From Camelus ferus (taxonomy: Eukaryota), in NCBI RefSeq assembly GCF_009834535.1, contig NC_045696.1:35032001-35096000 (forward strand): a stretch of 64,000 nt of DNA, written 5' to 3'. The translations under genes and the position numbers were made by a program. Below are positions 63,600 through 64,000 of the stretch, one piece after another. Every line of letters begins with the position of its first letter. Within the stretch, counting starts at the first letter, position 1. Below the pieces are notes generated by a model. That model had not been told where the DNA came from and ran no database searches. It was given only the letters and a program-made list of their open reading frames with translations.

Positions 63600-64000
63600 T
63601 ATATATATTATCTTTTTCTTCTGCACCATCCATTTTACCTTCTGGTAACTGACTTCCGTTTTTCTCTGGGGAGTGATTGTTCCCTCCCTCTCAGTTATTG
63701 CCTTTGGATGGGCTTGTCCAATTATCCCCTATCCCCCAATAGCTCTAGAAGATAATACACGGTTTGCTGGCCCTGTCATTTTGCTGTCCAAAATGACTGG
63801 CTTCACAATGGGCATGTGCACCAAGTCAGGATAATGGGTATCAGTTCCTGGGCTTTATTTGAAATAATATGACAGGGAAGTAAGTATACTGCTGAAATTA
63901 AAGGTAGCAAGATAAAAATCTAGAACTGTGTCCCAGGTTGGGTTACGCAGGAAATGAAGTTTATTGGGGAGAATACCTAGGTCGGTTAAGAAAAGGGAGT
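63600..64000 (+). mobile_element. MLT1K/L-type LTR, runs off the window end
   Basis: ccttctggtaac..ccctccctctcag..gactggcttcacaatgggcatgtgcaccaagtcagg..agttcctgggc. Confidence 0.7.

Noticed and set aside
1..64000. All ORFs of the supplied six-frame track as protein-coding genes
   Set aside because: They are 60-143 aa, many with non-ATG starts, compositionally biased, often inside repeats, and none resembles a protein family I recognise other than L1 relics
1..64000. Prokaryotic systems (CRISPR arrays, operons, defence islands, IS elements)
   Set aside because: The sequence is mammalian (MIR/L2/L1/MLT content, CpG depletion); the two-copy tandem repeats have no spacers

Overview
This is AT-rich mammalian non-coding DNA (gene desert or large intron), not prokaryotic. 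I found no recognisable protein-coding gene, tRNA, rRNA or CRISPR array, and the supplied ORFs look like chance or repeat-derived frames. Much of the window is ancient transposon debris: MIR, L2, old L1M, MLT1, LTR16/LTR33 with an ERVL internal stub, MER5/MER58 and a Tigger3-type MITE. Younger insertions are an ERV1-type solo LTR and two 5'-truncated L1s with target-site duplications (TSDs). The 3' ends of those L1s resemble camelid (alpaca/camel) L1 as I recall it, and I saw no Alu, B1/B2, Bov-A/tA or PRE-1 SINEs, so a camelid host is likely (inference). The best non-repeat signals are: (i) several small, well-formed cassette exons, mostly on the + strand and some closed in all frames, suggesting an unannotated spliced lncRNA, plus one antisense exon; (ii) repeat-free blocks with strong regulatory motifs (RE1/NRSE-like, CTCF-like, a DR2 retinoic-acid element, a P3 homeodomain palindrome, an OCT/CDX/TCF/SOX cluster); (iii) a diverged ~120-bp dispersed duplication; (iv) CpG/GC-enriched patches overlapping old repeats; (v) a probable 5' U2 snRNA retrocopy. 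I cannot support a wholly new biological system from sequence alone. Repeat subfamily names and boundaries are from visual recognition and are approximate.
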